A stretch of DNA of 64,000 nucleotides from Gemmatimonadota bacterium (GCA_965116475.1 OZ220691.1:2144001-2208000); one strand, 5' to 3'; counted from the first letter of the stretch, positions 37,507 to 48,335 are shown. Made by a program: numbers and translations. The notes: generated from the letters alone by a model not told the origin.

Positions 37507-39084
37507 ATGACTCCGACGCGCCGCCTCGCGGTTTCGTCCGCCGCCGTCCTGACCCTGACTGCCTTCGCCCCCGCCCCCGCGGTCGACCTCGTCCCCGCCC
37601 CCGCGGTCGACCTCGTCCCCGCCCCCGCGGTCGACCTCGTCCCCGCCCTCGCGTGCGACGAGCTGACCGCCATGTCGTGGAGCGGCTTCGTCCTCGATGA
37701 GGTGGCGGCGGTCGAAGCCGGCGCGACCGACCCCGCGCACTGCCGAGTGCGCGGGACGATCGACGAGGAGATCCACTTCGAACTCCTCCTCCCGCTGGCC
37801 GACGACTGGAACGGCCGTTTCCTCATGGGCGGCGGCGGCGGGTTTGTGGGGAGCGTTCAGAACCAGGCGCTCCAGTTCGCGGGGCCGGTCTCGGTCCTGA
37901 GCCGCGGGTTCGCCACGGTGGGCACGGACACGGGACACCAGGGCCCCGGCATCGATGCGAGCTGGGCGCTGAACCGGCCCGACCGCGAAGTGAACTTCGG
38001 CCACCGCGCGGTGCACGTGACGGCGGAGACCGCGAAGACCATCGTCCGCCTCTTCTACGGCCGCGACATCGAGTACTCGTACTTCATCGGCTGCTCGCGC
38101 GGCGGCGGCCAGGCTATGATGTCGTCGCAGCGCTACCCGGACGACTTCGACGGCATCGTGTCCGGGGCGCCGGCCTACGACTGGCCCGGCCTCGGCGCCT
38201 TCTTCCTCCAGACCCAGCAGGCGCTGTATCCCGATCCGAACGACCTCGCGACGCCGGTCATCACGGACGAGGCCGCGGCCATCCTTGAAGCCGCGATCCT
38301 CGAGGCGTGCGACGGAAACGACGGCGTGGAGGACGGGTTCATGACGAACCCGATGGCGTGCGACGTCGACATCGCTTCCATCGAGGGACTGACCGACGAG
38401 CAGCGGGCCGCCGCGGAAGTGGTGTACGGCGGTGCCCGCGCGGGGGATCGACATATCTATCCGGGCTTCCCGTTCGGGGGTGAGACGGACCAGGGCGGTT
38501 GGAGGCTGTGGGTCACGGGGCGGGAGATGCAGTTGGGGCCGGGCGGACCCAACCTCCACTACGCCTTCGGCACCCAGATGTACAAGTACATCATCTTCGA
38601 CGACCCGGAGTTCGACTACTCCACGTACGACTTCAGCGACTACTTCGCGTGGGAGGAAGACACGCGCCGCGCCCGCTCGATCCTCAACGCGACGGACACG
38701 GATCTGGGCGCGTTCAAGACGGCGGGCGGCAAGCTGATCCTGTGGACCGGCTGGTCGGATTCCGCGATCCCCGCCAGCGGGACCATCGCCTACTACGAGG
38801 GCGTGGCCGCGGGCGACGAGGAGGCGAACGACTACACGCGGCTGTTCATGCTGCCGGGCGTCCTGCACTGCGCCGGCGGGCCGGGCCCGGACTTCGTCGA
38901 CTGGATCGCCGCCATCCAGTCGTGGGTCGAGGAGGACGAAGCCCCCGAGCGGCTCGTCGCGACGAAGTTCGGTGAGTCCGGCGTCGAGATGCAGCGGCCT
39001 GTGTGCCCGTGGCCCGCCTACGCCGCCTACAACGGCACCGGAGACCCGAAGCAGGAGGACAGCTTCGAATGCGTCGCACCGTGA
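37507..39084 (+). CDS. Tannase/feruloyl esterase family hydrolase
   Basis: [33 protein letters not shown]. Confidence 0.93.
   Translation: MTPTRRLAVSSAAVLTLTAFAPAPAVDLVPAPAVDLVPAPAVDLVPALACDELTAMSWSGFVLDEVAAVEAGATDPAHCRVRGTIDEEIHFELLLPLADDWNGRFLMGGGGGFVGSVQNQALQFAGPVSVLSRGFATVGTDTGHQGPGIDASWALNRPDREVNFGHRAVHVTAETAKTIVRLFYGRDIEYSYFIGCSRGGGQAMMSSQRYPDDFDGIVSGAPAYDWPGLGAFFLQTQQALYPDPNDLATPVITDEAAAILEAAILEACDGNDGVEDGFMTNPMACDVDIASIEGLTDEQRAAAEVVYGGARAGDRHIYPGFPFGGETDQGGWRLWVTGREMQLGPGGPNLHYAFGTQMYKYIIFDDPEFDYSTYDFSDYFAWEEDTRRARSILNATDTDLGAFKTAGGKLILWTGWSDSAIPASGTIAYYEGVAAGDEEANDYTRLFMLPGVLHCAGGPGPDFVDWIAAIQSWVEEDEAPERLVATKFGESGVEMQRPVCPWPAYAAYNGTGDPKQEDSFECVAP
37570..37647 (+). repeat. 24-bp in-frame tandem repeat x3 (PAPAVDLV)
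   Basis: CCCGCCCCCGCGGTCGACCTCGTC, three exact copies. Confidence 0.9.
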
Positions 39085-39617
39085 TCACGCTCCGAGTGAA
39101 CGGCGAGACCCACTCGCTCGATGTCGAACCCTCGACGCCGCTGCTCTACGTCCTCCGGAACGATCTCGGCCTCCGCGGCCCCCGGTTCGGCTGCGGCCTC
39201 GGCCAGTGCGGGACGTGTACGGTGCTCATGGACGGCCGCGCGATCCGCTCGTGCATGCGGCCGGTGTCCCGCGCCGAGGGCGAGATCACCACGCTCGAGG
39301 GGCTGTCGGCCGGCGGCGAACTCGATCCCGTCCAGCAGGCGTGGATCGACGAGCAGGTGCCGCAGTGCGGGTACTGCCAGAACGGCCAGATCCTCACGGC
39401 GAAGGCGCTCCTCGACCGCAATCCGGACCCGAGCGACGAGGAGATCCGGCAGGGGATGAACGGCGCCCTCTGCCGCTGCATGACGTACTACCGAGTCCAG
39501 TCCGCCGTGAAACGCGCCGCGGAGGCGATGGCGAACGGCGACGGCGGGGCCGACCCGGCGAATGGGGCCGGTGCGGCCGACGGCGCGGATGAGGCCGGCG
39601 GGGAGGTGGACCGGTGA
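39081..39617 (+). CDS. (2Fe-2S) small subunit of a xanthine oxidase-family enzyme
   Basis: [10 protein letters not shown]...[11 protein letters not shown]...CRC. Confidence 0.93.
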   Translation: MITLRVNGETHSLDVEPSTPLLYVLRNDLGLRGPRFGCGLGQCGTCTVLMDGRAIRSCMRPVSRAEGEITTLEGLSAGGELDPVQQAWIDEQVPQCGYCQNGQILTAKALLDRNPDPSDEEIRQGMNGALCRCMTYYRVQSAVKRAAEAMANGDGGADPANGAGAADGADEAGGEVDR

Positions 39618-42043
39618 GGCGCCCGGCGGAGTTGTCCGCAAGACTCGACGACGCGCTCGCCCGGTGGGACGGCGGCACGTCCCGCCGTGACTTTCTGAAG
39701 ACTTCGGGGCTCTTCGTCCTCGGTTTCAGCAGTGTGGGCTTCAGCGGGGCGGGCGGCATCGGCGTGGCGGGGCTCGGCCGGAACGGCTCCGGCGACCCCG
39801 GCGAGGCGAACCCGTATCCGAACCTGTATCCGGATCCGGACTATCTCCAGCTCGACTCGTGGCTCGTCGTGCACGAGGACGGCACGGCCACCTTCTACGT
39901 CGGCAAGACGGACGGCGGGCAGGGGACCGGGACCGCCATGCGGCAGATGATGTGCGACGAACTCGACCTTGCCTACGACCGGGCCACGCTCGTCATGGGC
40001 CGCACGGACATGACGGTCGATCAGGGCGGATCGGGCGGCTCGGACGCCATCGAACGGGACGCGTTGCCGGCGCGGCGGGTCGCGGCCGAAGCGCGGCGGG
40101 TCCTGCTGGAGCTGGCCTCGGAGCGCTTCGAGGTGCCCGCCGACGAACTCGCCGTCAGCGCAGGCGTCATCTCCGTCGCCGCCGACCCCGCCCGCTCGGC
40201 GACCTACGGCGAGCTGATCGGCGGTCGGCGCTTCGACGTCGCCCTCACCGGACGGAACGTCAACGAGACCACCGGCCTCGCACCCATAAAGCCGGTCCAG
40301 GAACTGAAGATCGTGGGCCAGTCCCTCCCGCGGTACGACATCCCCGGGAAGGTCGACGGGTCGCTCGAGTGGGCGGTCGACGTGCGGCTCCCCGGCATGG
40401 TCCACGCGCGGAACGTGCGGCCGCCCTTCGCCGGCGCGCGGCTCGTCTCCATCGATGAGTCCTCCGTGCGCGACATCCCGGGCTTCATCCGTCTCGTCCG
40501 CGAGGGAAACTACGTCGCGGTCATCTGCGAGCGGGAGGAACAGGCGATCCGGGCGGCGGAGAACCTCGTCCTCGAGTGGGAGAAGCCGGAGACGGCGCCC
40601 TTCCCGTCCTCCGAGGATCTCTTCGACTACATGCGCGGCGCGAACCCCGTAGGAGCGGAGAACGGAACATCTTCCCGCCCCCGCGAGGAAGGGGACCCCG
40701 ACGCGGCGCTCGCGGGCGCGGCGACCGTCGTTGAAGCGGGCTACGACATCCCGTTCCAGGGGCACACGGCGATCGGGCCCGCCCACGCCGTGGCCGATCC
40801 GTCGGACGGGCAGATGACGATCTACACGAACGACATGAAGCCATACAGCCACCGCACGGGAATCGCCGAGTTCCTCGGCATGCCGCCGGAACGGGTGCGG
40901 GTGATCTGGATGGAGGGCCCGCAACTTTACGGGCGCACGGCGGCGGACGACGCGGGTTTCGAGGCGGCGTACCTGGCGCGGGAGCTGGGCCGCCCCGTCC
41001 GGGTGCAGTGGATGCGGCACGAGGAGACGGCGTGGGACACGAAGGGCCCCGCCTTCGCCATCGACCTGCGCGGGGGGCTGGACGACGCCGGCAACGTGAT
41101 CGCGCTCGACTACCGGGCCCGGATCGCGAACTACGCGCACGTCGGGTACAACCAGGCGGACACCGTGCTCATCGCCCAGCTCATGGGGATCCGACCCGAG
41201 CGCCCGTCCCCCGGCGGGGGGCGGGGCCCGGACGAGATGTACCACATCCCGAACCGTCGGGAGGAGACGCGGGCCGTCCGCTTCCCGCTCGCCTTCGAGA
41301 CGCCGCTCCGCACCGGCAACCTCCGCGACCCCAACGGGCCGCAGACGACGTTTGCCGGGGAGTCGTTCATCGACGAAATGGCGGCGGCCGCGAGCGCGGA
41401 CCCGGTCGAGTTCCGCCTCCGTCTCCTGGGCGGGACGACGGAGGACGACGCAACCTTCCGCCGGGCCCGCTCGATCGCCGTCGTCGAGGCGGCGGCCGAG
41501 GCGTACGGCTGGGAACCGCGGCCCTCGCCCCGCGCGCCGGGCAACGGGCGCATCCTCACCGGGCGCGGGATCTCCTACGCGTACCGCATCCAGACGGCCG
41601 TCGCCACGATCGCCGAAGTCGAGGTCGACCGGGAGAGCGGGCGCGTGTGGGTGAAGCGCATGGTCTGTGCGCACGATTGCGGCCTCGTGGTCAACCCCGA
41701 CGGTCTCGAGAACACGATCCAGGGGAATCTCCTGCACGGGATCAGCCGGACTCTGTTCGAGGAGGTGCAGTTCGACGGAGACATGGTGACGAGCGTCGAC
41801 TGGCGCACCCACCCGACCCTCACGCATCGGGACGCGCCCGAGCGGATCGATGTCGCGATCGTGAACGGCGACCCGAACCCGGACCGCCCGGACCTGCCGC
41901 ACTACGGAGCGGGCGAGCCCTCGCACCGCACCGTCCCGGCCGCCGTCGCGAACGCGATCTACGACGCGACGGGCGTGCGCATGCGCCGCATCCCCCTGCG
42001 CCCCGAGCGCGTGCTGCAGGAACTGGCTGCGGCCGGGGTCTAG
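39614..42043 (+). CDS. Molybdopterin large subunit (isoquinoline/aldehyde oxidoreductase-like), Tat signal
   Basis: SRRDFLK; GQG, GGSGGS, ESFIDE, DCG.VVNP, GAGEP. Confidence 0.9.
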   Translation: MRRPAELSARLDDALARWDGGTSRRDFLKTSGLFVLGFSSVGFSGAGGIGVAGLGRNGSGDPGEANPYPNLYPDPDYLQLDSWLVVHEDGTATFYVGKTDGGQGTGTAMRQMMCDELDLAYDRATLVMGRTDMTVDQGGSGGSDAIERDALPARRVAAEARRVLLELASERFEVPADELAVSAGVISVAADPARSATYGELIGGRRFDVALTGRNVNETTGLAPIKPVQELKIVGQSLPRYDIPGKVDGSLEWAVDVRLPGMVHARNVRPPFAGARLVSIDESSVRDIPGFIRLVREGNYVAVICEREEQAIRAAENLVLEWEKPETAPFPSSEDLFDYMRGANPVGAENGTSSRPREEGDPDAALAGAATVVEAGYDIPFQGHTAIGPAHAVADPSDGQMTIYTNDMKPYSHRTGIAEFLGMPPERVRVIWMEGPQLYGRTAADDAGFEAAYLARELGRPVRVQWMRHEETAWDTKGPAFAIDLRGGLDDAGNVIALDYRARIANYAHVGYNQADTVLIAQLMGIRPERPSPGGGRGPDEMYHIPNRREETRAVRFPLAFETPLRTGNLRDPNGPQTTFAGESFIDEMAAAASADPVEFRLRLLGGTTEDDATFRRARSIAVVEAAAEAYGWEPRPSPRAPGNGRILTGRGISYAYRIQTAVATIAEVEVDRESGRVWVKRMVCAHDCGLVVNPDGLENTIQGNLLHGISRTLFEEVQFDGDMVTSVDWRTHPTLTHRDAPERIDVAIVNGDPNPDRPDLPHYGAGEPSHRTVPAAVANAIYDATGVRMRRIPLRPERVLQELAAAGV

Positions 42044-42089
42044 CGGCGACCGTCGCCGGGGTGTCCGGCTGCTCTACCTTCCGGGCGGG

Positions 42090-43175
42090 TCAGATCCTGA
42101 TGTAGATGCGGCGGCGGTGGAGGAGCCACATCACGCCCAGCCAGAAGGTGACCTGGGCCAATGCCATGGCGAGCGAGCCACCGTAGTCGCCCGCCCATGA
42201 CCGGAACGCGTTCTCGTACAGCCACGCGCTCAGCGGCACGCCCCCGTCGCCCCCCACACGGATCCGGACCAGCATCTTGGCGAACATGCCGGAGGCGACG
42301 AACACGGCGATCGAGTTCATCCCGTACACGACGAGCGGCGTCACCCACGCCCCGCGCATCCGCTTCACGTCGATCGCCCAGTACATGGCGCCGAACAGGA
42401 GGAGCGCCGTACCGGCCGTGAAGAGCACGTAGGAACTCGACCACAGGTTCTTGTTGATCGGGAACACCACGTCCCACAGGAATCCCAGCACGACCAGCCA
42501 GGCGCCGACGACCCACATGCCGCGCGAGATCTCGCCGCCGGAGCGGTCCGACCGCAGCCATTCGCCGCAGAAAATCCCCAGCAGACACGTCCCGATGGCC
42601 GGGAGCGTCGAGAGGAGTCCCTCCGGGTCCCACGTCCCCTGCCACAGCCGGTCTCCCATGAGGAACCGGTCGATGCGGGCCCCGAGATTCCCGTCCGGCG
42701 TCAGGTCCCCCGCGACGAGGGCCCAGTACCCGAGGAGGAGGATTCCTACGGCGGCCCACCGCACGCGCGCGGACCCCCACAGGTAGAGCGCGGCCGCCGC
42801 GCAGTACACGAGTCCGATCCGCTGCAGCACGCCGTAGAGGCGCATGTCGAACAGGTCGAAGTCGGGAATCGCCCGCATCGCGAATCCCAGCCCGATCAGG
42901 ATGAGCGACCGCCGGACCACGTGCCGGAACAGCCGGCCCCGGCCCGCCCCCTCGGCGAGGCGGCGCGAGAATGAGAAGGGGATCGCGACCCCGACGATGA
43001 AGAGGAAGTAGGGGAAGATGAGATCGGTGGGCGTCCACCCGTGCCATTCGGCGTGGGCGAGCGGCGCGTAGACGTAGCTCCAACTGCCGGGATTGTTGAC
43101 GAGAATCATCGCCGCGATCGTCAGGCCCCGGAACGCGTCGAGCGAGACGACCCGCCCGCCTGTCGGTTCGGTCAT
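42090..43175 (-). CDS. HGSNAT/NagX-like membrane acyltransferase
   Basis: SLDAFRGLTIAAMILVN, H..WHG.T.TDLIFP.F, GVLQRI, DPEG, PINKNLWS. Confidence 0.9.
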   Translation of the reverse strand: MTEPTGGRVVSLDAFRGLTIAAMILVNNPGSWSYVYAPLAHAEWHGWTPTDLIFPYFLFIVGVAIPFSFSRRLAEGAGRGRLFRHVVRRSLILIGLGFAMRAIPDFDLFDMRLYGVLQRIGLVYCAAAALYLWGSARVRWAAVGILLLGYWALVAGDLTPDGNLGARIDRFLMGDRLWQGTWDPEGLLSTLPAIGTCLLGIFCGEWLRSDRSGGEISRGMWVVGAWLVVLGFLWDVVFPINKNLWSSSYVLFTAGTALLLFGAMYWAIDVKRMRGAWVTPLVVYGMNSIAVFVASGMFAKMLVRIRVGGDGGVPLSAWLYENAFRSWAGDYGGSLAMALAQVTFWLGVMWLLHRRRIYIRI

Positions 43176-43201
43176 GACGAACCCCGTGCTGTGCTGGCGG
43201 C

Positions 43202-46048
43202 CTACTTGCGGAAGCGGTCCCCGCCGCGACTCCTGCCACCCCCGCTGGCCATCGAGCGGTTCCCGAGATACCAGGTGAAGTTCAGCATCACGTACTGCGT
43301 GAGCGACTCGACCCGGCGCTCCTGGATGAAGCCGGGCGAATTCGTGTAAGTGACCCCCTGATTCTGGCCCAGAAGGTCGAACGCCACCAGTCGGATCTCG
43401 GCCTGGTCATTGAGGATGCGCCGCTGCAGGGAAGCCTCCCACAGCGCGACGTTCCGCCCCGGGCCGAACAGATCCTGGTCGTAGAGCCGCCACTGGAATT
43501 CCGTACCCAGCGTCCAGGCCCCGAGGTAGAAGTCCGCGCTTCCGTACAGCGTGGAGTTGACGTAGTCCTCGTTCAACTCCTCGTTCAGGGAATAGCTGAC
43601 GTCGCTGAGCGTCAGCTTGGCGCCGCCGCGCACGTCGTAGTCCTCCTTGGCGCGGTTCTCAAGTTCGACCCCGAACGTATGCTCCAGCGACCGGCTCCGG
43701 TTCTCCACCTGGTTCACGAACTCGTTCGAGCTGAAGTAGCCCAGGTTGTAGTTCAGGTCCACCTGCCCGCCCATCCAGCGCAGCGGCCGCCCGAAACTCG
43801 CGCCGCCGTTCGCCGACCACGCATTCCCGAGGTTGACGGGCGAGATCGTCTGGAGCCCGCGCTCGGTCACCGTTCGGGACTGGGCGATGTCGTTCGTCGT
43901 GACGCTGACGTTCGCCCACGTGAACAGGTTGACGAAGCTGAAGGTGTCGAAGAAACGGTATTCCGTCCGCAGGCGGTGCGTGTATTCGGGCTGCAGGTCC
44001 GGGTTCCCCATCCGGATCCGAAGCGGATCGCGGTTGTCGACGAAAGGCTGGAGATCCGTCATGCGCGGTTCCCGCGTCGATGTCGTATACCGGAACTGGA
44101 GGGTGCGCATGTCGTCGAGCTGCAGCCGGTACTCGGCGTTGGGCAGCACGTGCGTGTACCCGTTGGCGATCTCCTCGCTCCGGTCGAGGATCGTGCCCTC
44201 CAGGTTCGAGCCCTGCAGGCGCATTCCGAGCACGAACCGCCCGGCCTCGCTCGTGCGGTTGAAGCGAAAGCCCCCGCGCAGGTAGCTGTACGTCCGCTCG
44301 AACCCCGAGGTGAGCAGGGGGTTCAGCGTGCGGCCGTCCGGCCCGATGTCGAACACCGACTGGTTCTCGTCCTCGGCGGTCGCGCTCCGCTCGCCGTAGA
44401 CCTCGAGCATGGATTCCCAGGGCATGGGCTGGGTCATCGAGAGGCGGACGGAGTGCGTCAGCGTCTGTCCGAGATTCGTCTGTTCCTGCAGCACGTCGCC
44501 GGCCTGCGCCCTCGGGTTCTCCACGTTGCCTTCGATGGACGACGCGAGGTTCGTCAGGCGGTCGGAGTCGCTGAGGTTCACCCGGGCCTCCGCGAAGAGG
44601 CTCCGCCCGCTGTCGTCGAGCCGCTTGCGCCACGTGAGACGGGCATCGCCGCCCAGGTCGTCGCCGTCCACGTCGTAGTTCGTCGCCGCGGCCGTGAGAA
44701 ACTGCCCGGTGCCGGAGCGCGTGTCCTGGAAGTCGACGCGGTCGAGGAGGGAGGTGCGCGCGTTCAGATTCCCGCGCAGCCGCAGTTCGTGGCCCTCGGC
44801 GAGCGTGAACTGGGAGTTCAGGTTGACGCGGTGCGACGAGTTTTCGGTGTCCGTGCGCGTGGCCCGGTCGACGAGCGATGAGGCGCTCGTGCCGAGGAGT
44901 TGCTCCTGCTGTCGCGTTTCGTTCTGGAAGTTGTCGAGCGTGCTGATGCGATAGCTCGTCCGGATCCAGTGGTCGTCGTTCCCGCCGAAGTCGTGGTTGA
45001 CGTTGAACGCCAGCATGCGGGTCTCGGTGAGCCCGTCGTCGCCTCCGCCGCCGCGGCCGAAATCCCGTCCGCCGAACGACATCGCGTCGCCCCACCCGAA
45101 CCCGGCCTGGTTCACGTTGTTCGCGCTACCGAGGAGGGCAAGCTGCGTAGTGGGCGAAAAGCGGTTGATCGATACGGCGCCGGCGTACGGAATCCCGCCC
45201 GCCACCGTCCCGGATTCGCCGCCGGCCAGCCGCCGCGCGGCCGCCGACTCGCCGAAGCCCGGCGCCGCGGACGCGTTGTCCACGTCCGCCCCGAGTCCGC
45301 CCGACGTGCGGCCGAAGTAGCCCGCCCGCGCCTCTTCCTTGAGCTCGAGGTTGATCGTCCGCTCTTCCTCGCCATCGGCGATGCCCGTGAACTCGGCCAT
45401 GTCCGATTCTTTGTCGTACACCTCCACCTTCTCCACGGCCTCGGCGGGCAGGTTCTGGGTCGCCATCGTGGGGTCGCCGCCGAAGAACTCCCTCCCGTCG
45501 ACGAGCACGTTCTCGACCTCTTCGCCCTGCGCCGTGATCGATCCGTCGGTCTCGACCTCGATGCCCGGAAGCTGGCGCAGGAGGTCCTCCACCGTGGCGT
45601 TGGGCCGCGTCCGGAAGGCGAGCGCGTTGTAGCCGAGCGTGTCCCGCCGGTTCAGGAAGGGCACGTGGTCGAGGGTGACGACGAGCGGGTCCACCTCCAC
45701 CGCCATCACCTCGAGGTTGATCGTGCCGACGTTCACGTCTTCGCCGGTGAGGGAGAGGTCCTGCCGCACCGTGCCGTATCCGAGCAGGGTGACCTGCAGG
45801 ATGTATTCCCCGGGTCCGAGATCTCCGAGGGCGAAGACGCCGTCGCCGTTGGAGGTCGTGAAGCGGGTGAGAACCGAGTCGGGTTTCGCCAGCGCCACGA
45901 CCATGGCGCCGTTGAGCCCCGCGCCGTCCGTGTCGGCGATCACGCCGCTCACCGTGTATTCGGCCTGGGCTTCGGCGGGCCGGGGCGAGAACGCCGCGAC
46001 CAGCAACCCGGCCGCCAGCAGCGCCAGGGTCGGCGCGGGCCGCCTCAT
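43202..46048 (-). CDS. Outer-membrane beta-barrel protein (carboxypeptidase-regulatory-like N-terminus, TonB-receptor-like)
   Basis: EDLLRQLPGIEV, LVDGREFFGGDP..ATQNLPA, GNPDLQPEY. Confidence 0.85.
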   Translation of the reverse strand: MRRPAPTLALLAAGLLVAAFSPRPAEAQAEYTVSGVIADTDGAGLNGAMVVALAKPDSVLTRFTTSNGDGVFALGDLGPGEYILQVTLLGYGTVRQDLSLTGEDVNVGTINLEVMAVEVDPLVVTLDHVPFLNRRDTLGYNALAFRTRPNATVEDLLRQLPGIEVETDGSITAQGEEVENVLVDGREFFGGDPTMATQNLPAEAVEKVEVYDKESDMAEFTGIADGEEERTINLELKEEARAGYFGRTSGGLGADVDNASAAPGFGESAAARRLAGGESGTVAGGIPYAGAVSINRFSPTTQLALLGSANNVNQAGFGWGDAMSFGGRDFGRGGGGDDGLTETRMLAFNVNHDFGGNDDHWIRTSYRISTLDNFQNETRQQEQLLGTSASSLVDRATRTDTENSSHRVNLNSQFTLAEGHELRLRGNLNARTSLLDRVDFQDTRSGTGQFLTAAATNYDVDGDDLGGDARLTWRKRLDDSGRSLFAEARVNLSDSDRLTNLASSIEGNVENPRAQAGDVLQEQTNLGQTLTHSVRLSMTQPMPWESMLEVYGERSATAEDENQSVFDIGPDGRTLNPLLTSGFERTYSYLRGGFRFNRTSEAGRFVLGMRLQGSNLEGTILDRSEEIANGYTHVLPNAEYRLQLDDMRTLQFRYTTSTREPRMTDLQPFVDNRDPLRIRMGNPDLQPEYTHRLRTEYRFFDTFSFVNLFTWANVSVTTNDIAQSRTVTERGLQTISPVNLGNAWSANGGASFGRPLRWMGGQVDLNYNLGYFSSNEFVNQVENRSRSLEHTFGVELENRAKEDYDVRGGAKLTLSDVSYSLNEELNEDYVNSTLYGSADFYLGAWTLGTEFQWRLYDQDLFGPGRNVALWEASLQRRILNDQAEIRLVAFDLLGQNQGVTYTNSPGFIQERRVESLTQYVMLNFTWYLGNRSMASGGGRSRGGDRFRK

Positions 46049-46893
46049 CGGAGCCCCCCGTCGAACGGACGACGCCGGTTGCCGGCCCCGCGCGTGGCCC
46101 GGATTTCTTCGATTTTCTCCGCCACGAGGGCTTCGTACTCCTCGCGCGTGACCATTTCCCCCTCCGTCGGCGGGGTGATCGTGACGTCGCCGAGACCGTC
46201 GAGATTCACCTCGGTCGCCGAGTAGAGGAGGTGTCCGCCGTCGATCGAGAGCACGAGGATGAGGCCGGGAAGCCCGCCGTACTCGCCGGGGCCCGCCTGC
46301 ACCGGGATCTGAGGCGTGAACCAGGCTTCGATCTCCGCCCCGTCGTGGACGGTCGTCGCCTGCTGCACCATGTAACCGAGGAACTCGCGCTGCTCGGTGC
46401 CGAGCTTCCACGCATACGCGGGCCGGTCTCCGGAGATCAGGAACGTGCGCCCCATGAACTCGCGCGTCTCCGTGACCGCGCCGCTCCCGAAGTCCACATA
46501 GGCCTGGAGCAGGTCCTCCTGGTCCGTGCGCGAGGCCGATCCCATTCGGAGCCGCAGCGCCATCCCGAGCGCGCGGCGGTCCATTCGGTCCGAGTCGCCG
46601 GGGCCGCGTCGGGGCGTCGCTTCCTCCTCGGCCGGATCCGGCGTCATGATCGATCGGGATCCGTCGAAGAGGAGGACCATGGAGGCCGTGCTCTGCGCCG
46701 CGATCCGGTCGCGCAAGGCCGCCCACCGCTCGGGTACTTCGAAGTCGTACTGCACCGAGCGCAGGTAGTGGACATGGCCCGCCTGCGCCGCCTGCGCGCC
46801 GAGCGCCGCCGGCCCAAAGCCCCAGAGGGCGCCGGGAAGGGCCGCCAGAAGAAAAAGTCGAAACCGCCGCAGAAATCGTCGTCGTGTACTCAT
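46045..46893 (-). CDS. GLPGLI family protein
   Basis: W.L..E...LGY..Q.A...EAWFTPQIPV..GP..YGGLPGLIL. Confidence 0.9.
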   Translation of the reverse strand: MSTRRRFLRRFRLFLLAALPGALWGFGPAALGAQAAQAGHVHYLRSVQYDFEVPERWAALRDRIAAQSTASMVLLFDGSRSIMTPDPAEEEATPRRGPGDSDRMDRRALGMALRLRMGSASRTDQEDLLQAYVDFGSGAVTETREFMGRTFLISGDRPAYAWKLGTEQREFLGYMVQQATTVHDGAEIEAWFTPQIPVQAGPGEYGGLPGLILVLSIDGGHLLYSATEVNLDGLGDVTITPPTEGEMVTREEYEALVAEKIEEIRATRGAGNRRRPFDGGLR

Positions 46894-46998
46894 GGCACCC
46901 GCTGCCTGTCGTCCGTCCTTCATCCATTAGATCGGACACACGGCGCCACGGTCACGTTGTAGAGGGCGCCGCACGACGAGGAGAAGCGGCCCGCGGCG

Positions 46999-48219
46999 TC
47001 AGGACCAGAGTGTCGAAATCGGTGCGGCGGCCAGGCGGGGGCCGAAGGGGGTCGTGTGGTCGTGGTCGTGAAGAACCAGGCCCTGCGCGAAGCGATCGCC
47101 ACAGGCGGCCTTGAGGCGCTCAAGACCGGCGAAATCGCGACGTGAGACCGTGGCGGATGCCTTGACCTCGATCCCGACCACTCTGCCGTGCCCATCTTCC
47201 AGGACGACATCGACCTCGTTGCCCTGCTTGTCCCGGAAGTGAGAGAACCTGCAGGGATCGTCGATCCAGCCGGCGAGCTTCAGGAGCTCGCCGAAAACGA
47301 AAGTCTCCAGCAACGGCCCGAGACGCGTTCGATCCCGACCGAGGAGTTCCGGCGATTGCTGCCCCCAGGACGCGAGCAGCCCCGAGTCCAGGAAGTGCAG
47401 CTTCGGGGTCTTCAGGAGCCGCTTCAAGGCGTTCGAATACCAGGGCTGCAGCGTCCGAACGAGGAACAGGTCTTCGAGCACGCCGACGTACTTGCGGATG
47501 GTGACGTGGTTCATGCCCAGCGCCGAGCCGAAGCCAGAGTAGTTCACGAGTCGCCCGGAATGTTCGGCCAGAACGCGCAGGAGTTTCGGCATGGACTGCA
47601 GTTGATCGACGCGGGCGACGTCGCGGACATCCCGTTGCAGGATCGCGTCGACGTAGTTCAGGTGCCAGCGGCGGCGACGACGCCAGGTCGAGCGAGTCAG
47701 CGCCTCGGGATACCCTCCGGCGAGAACGATATCCAGGAGATCGGCACCCACGACGGGGTTGGCGGCGACAGGAGCGTCGCCCGCGAATGCGCGCTCCAGG
47801 AATCCGGGTCGGGTTCCTCGAAGCTCCGCCTGAGCGAGGGGCAGGAGACGAATGGTCTCCATGCGACCCGCGAGGGAATCCGCGACGCGGGGCAGCGTCA
47901 TCAGGTTCGCGGATCCGGTGAGCAGGAAACGTCCCGGCCGAGGATCGGTGTCTACGGCGGTCTTGATCGCAAGCAGGAGTTCCGGGACGCGCTGGATCTC
48001 ATCGATTACGGCTCGGTCGAGGCCACGCACGAAGCCGGTCGGATCGGTCGCGGCGGCATTGAGAGTGATGCTGTCGTCGAGTGTGAAGAAAGGGATTTCC
48101 GTGCGCGCGATCTGCTGCGCCAGCGTGGTTTTGCCGGATTGGCGGGGACCGCATAGCAACACGACTCGCGTATCCGCGAGTGCCTCCACGATTCGGTCTT
48201 CAACGAAACGAGGATACAG
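46999..48219 (-). CDS. AAA_14 ATPase with DUF4143 / PD-(D/E)xK-like domain
   Basis: GPRQSGKT, IDEIQR, LTGSA, SLAGR, GGYP, PKLHFLDSG, EVDVV...IEVK; the conserved YPRF extends to a CTG/ATT start behind GGAGG. Confidence 0.9.
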   Translation of the reverse strand: MYPRFVEDRIVEALADTRVVLLCGPRQSGKTTLAQQIARTEIPFFTLDDSITLNAAATDPTGFVRGLDRAVIDEIQRVPELLLAIKTAVDTDPRPGRFLLTGSANLMTLPRVADSLAGRMETIRLLPLAQAELRGTRPGFLERAFAGDAPVAANPVVGADLLDIVLAGGYPEALTRSTWRRRRRWHLNYVDAILQRDVRDVARVDQLQSMPKLLRVLAEHSGRLVNYSGFGSALGMNHVTIRKYVGVLEDLFLVRTLQPWYSNALKRLLKTPKLHFLDSGLLASWGQQSPELLGRDRTRLGPLLETFVFGELLKLAGWIDDPCRFSHFRDKQGNEVDVVLEDGHGRVVGIEVKASATVSRRDFAGLERLKAACGDRFAQGLVLHDHDHTTPFGPRLAAAPISTLWS

Positions 48220-48253
48220 AATTTCAGTCCTCCCGCGCTAACGTCGAAATCCC

Positions 48254-48332
48254 TGACCGATTGAAAATTTGTCGATGACTAATTGAAAGTATGATCGCGA
48301 CCAATTGAAAATCAAGCTGTGTCCATCTGAAA
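48254..48332. repeat. Four 13-bp direct repeats with 22-bp period
   Basis: TGACCGATTGAAA (48254), TGACTAATTGAAA (48276), CGACCAATTGAAA (48298), degenerate TGTCCATCTGAAA (48320). Confidence 0.8.
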
Positions 48333-48335
48333 AGA

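Noticed and set aside
35614..38868. 1084-aa minus-strand ORF
   Set aside because: Antisense shadow of BlaI/M56/tannase; no motifs, and typical of high-GC DNA.
39488..41926. 812-aa minus-strand ORF (likewise 55001-57370 + and many others)
   Set aside because: Shadow ORFs opposite well-supported genes.
43202..46939. 1245-aa ORF, and other long 5' extensions such as 1729, 20047, 52606
   Set aside because: The extensions overlap real neighbouring genes; true starts are downstream.
48254..48332. Repeat-spacer pattern as a mini-CRISPR
   Set aside because: 13-bp repeats with 9-bp spacers are far too short; no cas genes.
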